Below are positions 16,639 through 29,537 of a stretch of 64,000 nt of DNA, one piece after another. The position numbers and the translations under genes were made by a program. Below the pieces are notes generated by a model, which was not told the origin of the DNA, searched no databases, and saw only the letters and a program-made list of their open reading frames with translations. Source of the DNA: the human T2T-CHM13v2.0 reference genome, Homo sapiens; NCBI RefSeq assembly GCF_009914755.1, contig NC_060926.1, one strand, 5' to 3'. The stretch's first letter is position 1. Each line of letters starts with the position of its first letter.

Positions 16639-16777
16639 CCAATCCACTGATAAGATCTTGATATAGCCTCCACTCAGCCTCCACTCATCGAGCTGAACCA
16701 CAGCACAGTGCTGGCCAGGAAAAAGCAATCAACTGATGGGAAAAAAAATAAAATTAAATTAAAAAGTACTTCTGGCT

Positions 16778-17078
<301 letters not shown>

Positions 17079-17388
17079 GGTACTTCTGTGACAATATTTA
17101 TAATATTCCACATAGTCCAACACCTTAGTTATAATAAGTTTTCACGTAAATGCTATGAATTTTTGCATTGGCCATGAAGTAGATGGGGACAAATGTGTAG
17201 ACTTTTGGCAATGTATAGATATGGAAAATGACATCTAAAATTGCAATAAAAATGGCAAGATAAAACACTTTTATCATAGCCAAGAATTCAGTAGCCTAAA
17301 AGCAATTACAGCATGAAAGCTTGCAAGTATAAAAATATAAGTCCTCAGAAACTTGCTGCTGGAAGACCTGTTTCCAGATGTTGTGTGT

Positions 17389-17555
17389 CAGTGATTCTCA
17401 AACCTGAGTGTGCATCGACGTCGCTTGGAGGGCAGTCACTGATTGCTGGGCTCCAGTTTCAGATTTAGCAGGCTTGGGGTAGCCCAAGGATATGTAGTTT
17501 CAAAGTTTTCCCGGATGATACTGCCGGCCTGGGCACCATACTGTGAGAACCACTG
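17389..17555 (+). mobile_element. MER5A
   Basis: Terminal inverted repeats cagtgattctcaaa ... tgagaaccactg. Confidence 0.75.
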
Positions 17556-17573
17556 ATGCTTGCTGCCATGTAA

Positions 17574-17917
<344 letters not shown>

Positions 17918-19365
17918 ACAAGTTTTGCTTTTTATGTCAGATGACGGGCTTCTCTTGGGAGTTAGGGAATCTGTCCTCCTCCAGTTCAATCCAGCCCCTC
18001 CTCATCTCCGTGCTCTAGGGGGCACCTGTCTGAGTCTAGGTAGGGTAGGTAGAAGAGAAAATTGTCTTTTCATTCTCCTAATTGTCCTTTTAAAATGTAC
18101 TACAAAGGGAGGTATTATATACATAGCTGTAATATTATATAACACGTTCTTTACTTTTCTTCCAGTAGAAAATATTTGTAAGTTCAAAGTTTTTTTTTTT
18201 TAACTTTTATGACTGTCTCCCCACCCCCCTTACCCTACCACATGAAAAATTTGAAGAGTTAAAAAAAAATGCTAACCATCCATGTCTTCCTTAAAACAGG
18301 TTCTTGCGGCTCATTCTTGGTGGTACATTGGAGGATGTCAGTCCTTGGCCTCCCCCTAGGTGCCAGCTTTTGCACCAAACAGCCTTCCTGGTAGAAAAGA
18401 CATTTGCAGTGTACCTTGGGCGGGAGGAGAAGCGGAAATCATTCTCAGATGTTAAAAAGAAACATGTTTCTAATTGAAAGCATGATGAGAAGGCACACAT
18501 GAAAGGGCCTGGGTGGTGAGCTCAGGCCAAGGCACAGCTTTGAAAGCCCAGCTCAGTCCTTGCTGTGGCCACTTCTGTTCTCTTGGGTGGATCCCATTCC
18601 CATTCCTGTGACATTCCAGAAATAACCATGGCTGAGCAGGGACCCAGGACAGCATCTCAGATATAGCAACAAAGTTTGCTCAGTTGGTCAGGAAACTCTG
18701 ATAGTTAGAATTCTGAATTCTAGAAACACAGAGCTTTTGAACTAGAATTCTAGAAGCAGAGTGTGGGAACAGCCTTTATTCTCATATTGTGGAGACCATT
18801 TTAGAACAAATCGCTGCTGCCCTCCTCATAACCCCCAAACACACACAAGTGCAGAGGCCAGGGTTAAGTGGCTTACTCCAAGGTCACCTAGGGAGCTGGC
18901 TCCATTTTTTTTTTTCTTTTAGAGAATCCTTCCCAACTTTCTGAAAATTTGTCAGCTTGGTATTCTGACACCCAAGGGCCATTTTAGAAAAATCATTACT
19001 TGCTGTAACGAATAGGCATCATATTGTAGGAAGATGGGAAAATTATTTTGTCTCTTTTATAGAAAATCAATAGGTTTTGAGGCTTTTAGGTCTTGGTCTT
19101 TTGGATCTTCATAACTGAGTCTCCTGTTGTTCGTTTTGCTTGTCTATTTTGTAATTGCTTTGTGGACTGAAGCTTGTTTTGAACTTTATGGGAGACTTGA
19201 TAGTGTGATCTGCCTCAGGACCAACAGTTTATGTAAAAGGTGAGCTGACAGCAACAGGGCAGCATAGTAAATGTATTTGAACAAATAAAGAAGGGACTGA
19301 AGGAATCATGGCCATAAGCTTATGACATTACATAATAAAACTTAAGTCAGTAGCATGTACACTTC

Positions 19366-19670
19366 TTTTTTTTTTTTTTTTTTTTTTTTTGAGACCAAGT
19401 TTCCCTCTGTCATCCAGGCTGCAATGTGTGGCACCATCTCGGCTCACTGTAACCTCTGTCCTCTGGGTTCAAGTGATTCTCCTACCTCAGCCTTCCGAGA
19501 ACTGGGATTACAGGCCCCTGCCACCACACTCGGCTAATTTTTGTATTTTTAGTAGAGATGAGGTTTCACTATTTTGACCAGGCTGGTCTCGAACTCCTGA
19601 CCTCAAGTGATCCACCGGGCTCCGTCTCCCAAAGTGCTAGGATTACAGGCGTGAGCCACTGTGCCCAGCC
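19366..19670 (-). mobile_element. AluS
   Basis: Long poly-T then dimer; TSD agtagcat(g/c)ta(c/a)acttct. Confidence 0.92.
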
Positions 19671-19752
19671 AGTAGCATCTAAACTTCTAAGGGACCTTGC
19701 CTATCATAAAACCTACTTACTCTACCAATGACCCACAGCCCTGATAACTTCT

Positions 19753-20049
19753 CTTTTTAAATTTTTAATTTTGAGATTGGGTTACATTCTGTTGCTTAGG
19801 CTGGAGTGTAGTGCTGTGATCACGGTCACTGCAGCCTCGACCTCCTGAGCTCAAGAGCCTCCTGAGTAGCTGGGACTACAGGTGCGTGCCACCATGCCCA
19901 GCTAATTAAATTTTTTTTTTTTTTTTTTTGGTAGAGACAGGGTCTTACTACGTTGCTGAGGCTAATCTCAAACTCCTGGGCTCAAGCGATCCTCCCACCA
20001 TGACCTCCTAAAGTGATGGGCTTACAGGCGTGAGCCACTGTGCCTGGAC
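19753..20049 (-). mobile_element. AluJ
   Basis: 'gcagcctcgacctcctgagctcaag', 'ctcctgggctcaagcgatcctccc'; TSD tgataactt. Confidence 0.88.
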
Positions 20050-20535
20050 TGATAACTTTAAAACTCTGTTTGGTCAGGAGTGTGGTGATTCAGAGTACAT
20101 ACATCCTTGCAAATAGGAGATGAAGAAGTTGTTTCTTTTTGGTTGCCTTTCATTATTAAATTCGGAATGGTGCCTAGCACACTGGATTTTTATACAAACT
20201 AGCAGGTGTGTTTTGGGCGACTCTCAACCTTTCTGCCCTTGGTTTTCTCGTTTTCTCGTATGTCAAAGAGTAGATTGGACTAAATTTCTGACACAGTCTC
20301 TCGAAGATCTGATAGCCTATACAACATGAGGTCTATAGGAGAGCACTTTTTGGGGTTGGGGATTGGACTGAACTTTTGTTTTTTGCCAAGTCTTGGCAAA
20401 AAATTTAGGCTTAAAAAATTTTAAATTAAATTTTAAGTTAAGCGTATATTTAAATTTAAGCCACAGAACATAACTTTAAAATAATGGCAGAGCATTTTCT
20501 TACGATTTTTCCTGGATTTTCTGATGCATTTCTGG

Positions 20536-20780
20536 GAGGCAGATGCAGTAAAATGGTTAAGAATGATAGCTTTGGAGCTGGCTCACTTGGTTTCAAATCC
20601 GAGCTCTTCTACTGAGTAATAATTATATAATGTTTAACAAATCACTTAATCTCTGTTTCTGTTTTTTCATCTGTAAAGTGGGCACAATAAAATATCTACA
20701 AAACACGTTGCTGGGGGATTACATTTGTTTATATATTTTAGAACAGTGCCTGTCACATAGGAAGCCATTAATATTAGCTC
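20536..20780 (+). mobile_element. MIR
   Basis: 'atggttaagaat..ttggagc..tcacttaatctctg..tcatctgtaaagtggg..tagaacagtgcctgtcacatag'. Confidence 0.78.
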
Positions 20781-20944
20781 TCTTCCCCCTCCTCCGCCCA
20801 ACTGCCCCACCTTCCTCCTTATGAGTATTTGTGTGGTTTTTTATTGGAGAACAAACAACCTGATGCTACTGTTAACCCTTTGGAAAAATTAGGAAGTCTA
20901 CAATGTTGTTCTTCAAAGCTGTGCCTTCTGTTTTCTTTCTGCAG

Positions 20945-21242
20945 CTAGCTGTGTTCCGCCATGTCAGAATGGAGGGATGTGTCTCCGGCCACAACTCTGT
21001 GTGTGTAAACCAGGGACCAAGGGCAAAGCCTGTGAAACAATAGCTGCCCAGGACACCTCGTCACCAGTCTTTGGAGGGCAGAGTCCTGGGGCTGCTTCCT
21101 CGTGGGGCCCTCCTGAGCAAGCAGCAAAGCATACTTCATCTAAGAAGGCAGACACTCTACCAAGAGTCAGCCCTGTGGCCCAGATGACCTTAACCCTCAA
21201 GCCGAAGCCTTCAGTGGGACTCCCCCAGCAGATACATTCTCA
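20945..21242 (+). CDS. LTBP1: LTBP1 (latent TGF-beta binding protein 1) internal coding exon, exon 3 of the long isoform; EGF-like domain plus linker
   Basis: Polypyrimidine tract and cag acceptor (AG 20943-20944), donor CA|gtgagt at 21242/21243. Translates (P)SCVPPCQNGGMCLRPQLCVCKPGTKGKACETIAAQDTSSPVFGG...VGLPQQIHS(Q), which I recognise as the LTBP1-L N-terminal region. 298 nt, phase 1 to phase 2. Confidence 0.95.
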
Positions 21243-22469
21243 GTGAGTGTTTCGAACTTTCATTTAGCTAAGGATCATCTTAATTACTCTCTTGGATGCC
21301 TTGCTTTAAATCACTGTCCCTTTCCTGCACAATTTGCAGAAATCACTTGGATAATAATGTTTTTCTTTCCTTTCTTAAGGCTTTACACGTTAGGCTTTAC
21401 ACATGGAATCTCTTAAAAATATTTGGTGTGTGTATTTAGCCTCTGCAGGAAATTTTACCATAAGTACAACCCATGGCAACCATGAGGATTATAGGGATCA
21501 AGACTGGAAGGGAATGATAAAAATAGTTATTTTTGATAAAGTTGTTAGTTTAAAAATTCTGTTTTTGAGGGGGGAGCTGCTTTATAGAGTTTTGAAATAA
21601 TAATTTAAAAAAAGAAACAGTGTTATTTTTAAAGTTATCTGGAAAAGGTAAGAACTCAGCTTGCACAGAGAAACTACTCAAATGAAAGGGAGTCCTTGCA
21701 AAGAGAGAATTTCTCAACCTCAGTAGCAGGTTAAGTGTACCTTCTGTTAACACCATGTTTATCTCCCAGTTGCCGTGTGGGTCCATTTTTGGTGAATGAG
21801 CTTGTTTTCTATTTATGGGAACAAGGTTTTTTTTTTCTTAGTGTTAGGAAGTAAGTGCTATTCTGAACAAAATGAGAACTCAGAGAAGAAAGATTACCCC
21901 GTTCTCTGATTTGCATTACAAGCAGCCACTCAGCTGCACCGGGTCCTTAAACAAATTGTCTCCTCTTAATGAGCTATTCTGTATGGATAATAAGATGCAG
22001 AATGTACTGCAACTATCACTTGTCATTTGTCTAGGAAGGTAAAATACAGGAAGTTCCCAACTTAAAAATGGGCTTGACGTAGCAGTTCATTTGTAAGTCA
22101 CTTGCTTGGAATTTAGAATGCTTCTTCCCTCTGCAGAGACAGCTTCCATATGGTGATTAGTATCCAGTCAGCCCACAGAAGTTATTCAGTCTGTTGCTAT
22201 AGATGAAATTATCCTTATTTTTACTTCCCCTTCGAATAGACCACCTACTGTTTCTTCTGAGTGTGGTCTTTTTCTTTTCTCCTATTCCCTCCTCAATCCT
22301 CTTTTTTTTTTTTTTTTTTCTGTTTTTCTTCATTATTCTCTAATTTCTTCTTGTCTCATAATACTTCAGTTCTATTGTGGTAGCTAGATTTAGGGACTAG
22401 TTTGAAATGCTACTTTGCTGTTGGAAAACACATTCTGCAGCCCTCAACAAGAAGCAAAGGTAAGATAGG

Positions 22470-22710
22470 TATAGCTAATACTTAGTAAGGGCTTACTATG
22501 TGCCAGGTACTCTTTTAAACACTTATTGTGTATTGTTCACTTACAGCTCACAAGGATCCTGTAAGGAAGGTAACATTATTAAACCCATTTTACAGATGAG
22601 AAGACTGAGGTACAGAGTGGTTAAATAATTTGTTCAAGGTCCCACAGTTACTAAGTGACAGTATTACAATTTAAACAGAGGCAGTCACGTTTCAGCATCC
22701 ATGCCCTGAA
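22470..22710 (-). mobile_element. MIR
   Basis: 'ttactatgtgccaggtact..cccattttacagatgagaagactgaggtacagagtggttaaataatttgttcaaggtc'. Confidence 0.82.
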
Positions 22711-22712
22711 GG

Positions 22713-23050
22713 AAGGAGTTGGCAAAAATTTTCTGTAAAGGGACAGATAGTAAATATTTTTAGCTTTGTGGGACATACGGTTTCTGTTGCATCTACTCAG
22801 TTCTGCCATGGTAGCACAAAAGCAGCCATAGACAGTGTATGAATTAATGAGTGTGACTGTGTTCTAATAAAACTTTATGGACATTGAAATTTGAATTTCA
22901 TATAAATTTCACAGGTCATGAAGTATTATTCTTTTTTAAATTTTTTTCTCAACCATTAAAAAACATAAAAGTTATCCTTAACTTGTGGGCCATAGGAAAG
23001 CAGGCTGTGGGCTGGATTTGGCCCATGAACTGTAGTTTGCTAACTTTTTC
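22713..23050 (+). mobile_element. MER58 (B-like) hAT MITE
   Basis: 'ggagttggcaaaaattttctgtaaagggacagatagtaaatattttt' through 'ggatttggcccatgaactgtagtttgc'. Confidence 0.82.
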
Positions 23051-24109
23051 TCTAAAGGATAGTAGTGCTTTTTTTGTGTGTGCCAGAACATGAATATAAC
23101 TGTGTGTCCTTGGAACGGTATAAAGCTTTGATTATATCATAGCTAGACATCTCCCTTCCAACATTGTTTTGGATATTAAAAACAAAAAACAATTCTGTGT
23201 TGAACTATGCTTTGGCGATCAAGAGTCAGATTACTGTGAATTGCAATTAGTTTTTTCTAGCATTATGACTTACATAAACTGTAAAGTAATTTACAAGCAA
23301 CATTATTCATCTTGAATATCACCATCCACTGTTAGAATTTGACCCTCTATGATGTATATATATGGATTGTTAGTAAGAACCATATGTCGGATGTCAGATA
23401 AAGGAACAGTCTATTTTTTTTCCTTCCTTTTGGTAGCCGCGGTGTACTTTAGACAAGAATGTTGTGAGTCAAAGAGGAGGCTAAGGTTTCAGCTCTGACT
23501 CAGCTTTGGTAAAATAAAGTCATTAGGCAGTTTGCTTTGGAGACTTCATCTGCTGAATGAAGATGCTTTTTTATGGTAGCATTGTTATAGGCATGTATAT
23601 ATGGGTGTGCCTACTGGTGCACTTTTAAGTAAAGAGAAGAGATGAGAAGAGATGGCCTTGGGTGCCATCAATCCTGATATTAATAAACTATATAGTTTGC
23701 CCCATTATCTAGTCCCTGCAGAGAAGATTAAGATGTACAAGATCCAGTCCTGCTCTTAAGGAGATTTTGAAATGACAAATGAGCTATACAAAGGAAACTA
23801 TACAAAGCTATAGAATTAGCCCTTTGATTAATTTAGGTTATGACATAATCACAGTGAGTCATGTTTAATCAAATGGCCAAGGAATCACATGTGATAGGCC
23901 CACTTTGGCTACTTTTGAGAAATGTTACAATCCTTAAGTTATCTTTCAGATTGCCTATTTTAGGATATTTCAGGTTTTGTGTTTAACCAGTAAAGTAGGA
24001 GATTGATTAAGCCTCCTTAAAGTATTCAACTATATACATAAATATGTCTAACATGCCAAAATGTTTAGTGTTACGTTCATTGTGTGTCACATGAAGTGCT
24101 ATCATCTTG

Positions 24110-24520
24110 ATCACTTATTCAACAAGTTTTTATGGAGCATATTTTATGTATGAGGGCACAGTTCAGGGAGCTAAGGATAGATAACACTAGGCAACTACAT
24201 AAAATGTCTGCTTTCTTGGAACTTACAGTTTAGAGAGGGAGAGACAGTTGATAAATGACATAATTAAAATACACATTAGATATTCATAAGTGCTGTGGAG
24301 AAAATAAAACTGCATTAGCAGATAGGACATGCTGGGTTGGTGTGTGGTGGGGAAGAGTGAGGGGTGTGGCAGTTTTAAATAGGCTGCCAGGGAAGACCCT
24401 ACTGAGAGGCATTTAAGCAAAGGCCTGCGATAAGTGCATGAACCCTGCAGATATGTAGGGGTGAGGCAGAGGCTTTGAGGCAGGAGTGTGCCTGAGATGT
24501 TTGAGGAACAGCTAGTTTGG
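24110..24520 (-). mobile_element. L2 3' fragment
   Basis: 'ttattcaacaag..tatggagca..ggaacttacagtttag..ataagtgctgtggagaaaataaa'. Confidence 0.65.
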
Positions 24521-24814
24521 TAAAATTGTAGTGTTAAAAGCACATATTTTAGGCAGGTGGGGATTAGATGAATTGGTTTTACCTTTGGCTGAATTGGTTT
24601 TAGGCAACTTGATTTAGAACCAAATACAAATAAAGTTCCTTAGGAAATCAAAGGAAAGAGCAGTTGTTTCCAGATTTTGGAGTGTTAGTGCAGTGGAGTC
24701 CAGGGATGGCTCCTTAGAGAAGGTGTCTGTGAAAAGATGGTTGGATTCAGATACATACAACTGGAGGAGAAGGGTGTATCCAGGGGAGGCAATGATGTGA
24801 GGCTAGGTAGCCTG

Positions 24815-25342
24815 GCATATTAGTTTTCTTTGGCTGTGTAACAAATCACCCCAAAACTTAGCAACCTAAAATAACATGCATTTATTGACTGACAGTCTGT
24901 GTCAGGAATCCAGGGGCTGCAGCCAAGCAGTCAGCAGGGGTGGCAGTCATCTGAAGGCTCGACTGGGGCTGGGGAATCCACTGCCAAGATGGCTCACTTT
25001 CATGGCTGTTGGCAGGAGGCCTTAGCCCTGGCACTGGCTGTTGGCAGAAAGCTTCACTTCCTCTCTATGTGGACCTCTCTGTAGAGCAGCCTGAGTGTCC
25101 TCACAATGTGGCCATAAGCTTCTCCCAGAGTGAGTGATCCTAGATTAGGGAGAGCGAGGAGAAGGCCACAGTGCCTTTATGGTCTTGGTCTTAAGGATGC
25201 CACACCCTCACGCTTACCTTATTGTACTGATTAGTAGTGAGTTGCTAAGTCTAGTCCTCACTCAGAGGGGGTAGAAGTATGCTGCACTGCTTAAATGGAG
25301 AAATATCAAAGAATTCGTGGACATATTTAAAAATAACCATAT
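24815..25342 (-). mobile_element. MLT1-family MaLR LTR
   Basis: 'tattagttttct..gctgtgtaacaaatcaccccaaaacttag..gcagtcatctgaaggctcgactggggctgg..ccaagatggctcact'. Confidence 0.75.
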
Positions 25343-26799
25343 TTAGGATATGATTTAATTAGAACTTGATAAATATGAAGATTAACGGTAATATAAGGTA
25401 ATATAAAGCTCTAAAGGTTGCTTGAAAACCAAGCTACTGACTAAGATTTCAACAAAACAATTCCAAAAAGACACAAAATAGAGAAAAAAGTAATGGAAGG
25501 ACGCCTCGTAGCTTAAACAAGGCTTAAGAAACACATTAACCCATCACAGTATTTTGATTATGTTTCTATCCTGTTTCAAACAAACTGCTAATAAAAGAAA
25601 AAGATAACAATGACGATTTATAGAACAATCATGAACATGCTAACATTGGTAATTTGATGATATAAATGAATGATTGTTGATTTTGGGAGCTGTGATGATG
25701 GCATTGTAGTTATGTTCATAAGGAGGAGAATCATGTTAAAGTATTTACAGATGAAATGATATGATATATGAGATTTTATTCAGAATAATCCAGTGGGTTG
25801 AGGTATAGAGGTAATAAGATTGGCTTGAGGTGGTAATTATTGAAGCTTGATGATGGGTACATAGGGGTTTCTTACAAAATTCTTTTTATATTTTTGAAAT
25901 TTTCTGTAATAAAGAGTAATAAAAAGATGAAGTTTCTTATAGTCCTGAGTGTGGTCCTGAGTCTTCAAAAACCTAATGCTATGATATCTCCAAGGATGGA
26001 AGAACTTCTGGGATATTCCTTGAAGTATGCCACCTCCTAATTGACAATAGTAACAATAAAACGTAAGCTCATTCTCTTTATTTGTAGTAAAGGAAAAAAA
26101 ATCCCATTAGAAAGCTATGCCAATAGTTAAACACTTTGGGGAAAGAGTTCAAGCTTGTTGCAGTACTGATAGTTATTACTGGGACCTTGTCTGAACTTAT
26201 TAAAGGATCCAAGGAATTGGTCAGTAGTCAAACGGATGATTTCCTTAAACGATCTCTCAGACTGTAGGAGGGGACCTTGCTCAATATTGAACCCCCACCT
26301 CAACCCCACCAACTCTCTCCCAGGTTTCTCTTGTGTGCTTTCCTGTACTTAACATTGTCATGACACAACACAGTCTTTGATCTCTTTGTCCACAGAGGTA
26401 CACAGAAAGGCTCCAATCAATGTTTGCTTAATATATATATATTTAGAGTTTTGCCTAGAGAAAATAAGTGTTAATAATGTCTAAATCCTTGTCTATGGAT
26501 TGTTTCACGAATGCTTATATTGCAGGACGTACCCTTCTCTCTTGGAATAATAGCATTTGCCTTTGTAAAGCCCTGAACATTTTGCAGAGTATTTTCCATT
26601 CCTTATGGTATGTGGTCTGCCCAACGAGTCTGTGAGGTAGTTGAAGGTTTTGATCCTACTTTATTATGTGGAAAAAAAAGGCATTGAACGAAAGTTGAAC
26701 AAAAGGAACTCACTCCAAGGTGCTCAGTGCTCAATTCATGACACCTGGGGAATGGGATGAGAACTAAAAATTTGAACCAATCACTGATTTTATCGTGTT

Positions 26800-27560
26800 A
26801 TACACATTTATTTAAACTTAAAAAGATGTTAAATTGAAATTACATACAGAAAAGTACAAAAGTCAAAAGTGTACAGTCTAGTGATGATCCCAAAGTGACA
26901 TATTCATGTAAGTGCCATCAACATTAAATAGAACATTTCCAGCACCACAAAGCCCCTTGTTCTTAGACTCAGCCATCTTCCTCCTCACCGGAGGGAGCTA
27001 CTCTCTTAACTTCCAATGCCAGAGATCAGTTCTGCCTGTGTTTGAACTGTATGTAAATAATACGGTGTGTTTTTTTTCACTCAGTGTTATGTCTGAGATT
27101 CATCTATGCAGTTGTGTGACTATAGCTTGCTCATTTATATTATACCACCAATGCTTACCACATCATGTGAGTGTACCACAATTCATTATTTATTCTGCTC
27201 TTGATGGATGTTTGGATTTTTTTCAATTTTTGGCTCTTTTTATCCCAGATTGACTAAGGTATAATTGACAAATAAAAATTGTATGTATTTACAGTATACA
27301 TGATATTTTCAAATATGTACACATTGTAAAACGATTACCACAATCAAGCTAATTAACATATCTCTTATCCCACATAGTTACCATTTTTGGTTTGTGGTGA
27401 GAATGTTGAAGGTCTACTCTCTTAGCAAATTACCAGTATACAGTATACAGTATTATTTACTATAGTCACCATGCTCTTTGTTAGATCTCTGTAACTTACT
27501 CATCCCACGTAACTAACATTTTATACCCTTTGACCATTTTTTGGTTCTTAATACTGCTGT
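26800..27560 (-). mobile_element. Old L1M fragments (L1MA nested in L1ME-like)
   Basis: 'ggtataattgacaaataaaaattgtat..caatcaagctaattaacatat..tactctcttagcaaatt' inside an older L1 3' UTR. Confidence 0.7.
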
Positions 27561-27592
27561 ATAGGTATGTATATGTGAAAATTCTAGAAGAA

Positions 27593-27918
<326 letters not shown>

Positions 27919-28425
27919 TCACCAAGCCCAACTGGATATAGCAGTATGGTAGTTTGAGAAGGACTTCCTAATCCATGAAAACCATGTAAAGTTTGATCAT
28001 ATCATTAGCTATTGGTCAGACCTATTTTGTTGTTTGAGAAAAACAGACACATGGGGAAAATGGTGAGGTGAGGTAGTGTGTTGAGGAGCTGGAAGTGAGC
28101 AGCTCTTAATTTTTTCCTCCTGAGACTGAGTTCGGAAGAAGAGTAGACCATGGCATGGAGGTGGGAGAGACAAGGACAGAGTTGGGGAGGTCACTGCCTC
28201 ACACTTCTGCTCACACCGCTGGGTCTGGTGGAAACTCAAAGTTTGTATCTAAAAATGGGAGGTGTTGGGATAGAGTTTGCTCCCTAATACAATTGAAATA
28301 AATCAGGATAATGTTTTCGTGCTATGTAATAATAATAGTTAATATGACCAATTATTCTGTGCCAGACACAATTCTGAGTACTTTTTGAGTGTTGTCTCAT
28401 TTAATCTCTTCAAAACCATGTGAGA

Positions 28426-28594
28426 GGCCTAGCGTGGTGGCTCACACCTGTAATCCCTGCACTTTGGGAGGCTGAGGTGGGCAGATCATGAGGTCAGGAG
28501 TTGAAGACCAGCCTGGTCAACATGGTGAAACCCTGTCTCTACTAAAAATACAAAAATTAGCTGGGCATAGTGGCGAGCGCCTGTAATCCCAGCT
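28426..28594 (+). mobile_element. AluS (Sg-like), 3'-truncated
   Basis: Left arm and linker present; ends at 'cctgtaatcccagct' with no tail. Confidence 0.88.
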
Positions 28595-29232
28595 GTATCT
28601 CAGGAAACCAATTCAAAAAGTCACTGATTGGAATTAGCAAAACTTTACTTAATCATCCTGGTCACCATCCCAGGCCAGTAAGTAGTTCAGCTATTCAAGT
28701 ACCATAAAGTCCCATTCTTTACGGTACTTGTAGCAAATGATGGGACCCACTTCTTGTATATCTCTGGATGTCATAAGGGTTTTCATTGATCAGACCATAT
28801 TTAATTTTCTGTGTCTTATGTTCTTGACCTTGCAGTGTTGAATCTTCTTGCTCCTTGCACTTAGAATGGCTGTGATAGACATAAGGCATGTTAACAAGGA
28901 AAAGGCTGACGGCAAAGCCCAGGCAGCCAGCCTCTTGGGAAAATTACTGAAACTGGTACTATAAATCCAGTTTATGGGCTTGAAATTTTCTAGTACTCAT
29001 GAATATTCAATTAAATATTGATATGAACCTTGACACAAGTTTGGCTCAAGTGCTGGTAGAAAGCAAACAGGGACATTCAGACAAACTTTAATTATTTTTC
29101 ACTTAGAGATCATACAGTTCTAGAGTAGTGTGAGTAATTGGAGTTAGCTCTCACCAAAACACAGAAGAAATATTTAATCAATATTAGTATCTTTGAATAG
29201 AATTTATCCTGGGCACTTGCTAGTTATTATTT

Positions 29233-29537
29233 GTCCGGGCGTGATGGCTCACACCTGTCATCACAGCACTTTGGGAGGCTGAGGCAGGTGGATCACCTGA
29301 GGTCAGGAGTGCAAGAACAGCCTGCCCAACATGGTGAAACCCCGTCTCTACTAAAAATACAAAAATTAGTTGGGCGTGGTGATGCGTGCCTGTAATCCCA
29401 GCTACTCAGGAGGCAGAGGCAGGGGCATCTCTTGAACCCGAGAGGTGGAGGTTGCAGTGGGCTGAGATTGCACCACTGCGCTCCAGCATGGGCAACAGAG
29501 TGAGACTCCATCTCAAAAGAAGAAAAAAAAAAGAAAG
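29233..29537 (+). mobile_element. AluSx
   Basis: Sense dimer; TSD agttattattt. Confidence 0.93.
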
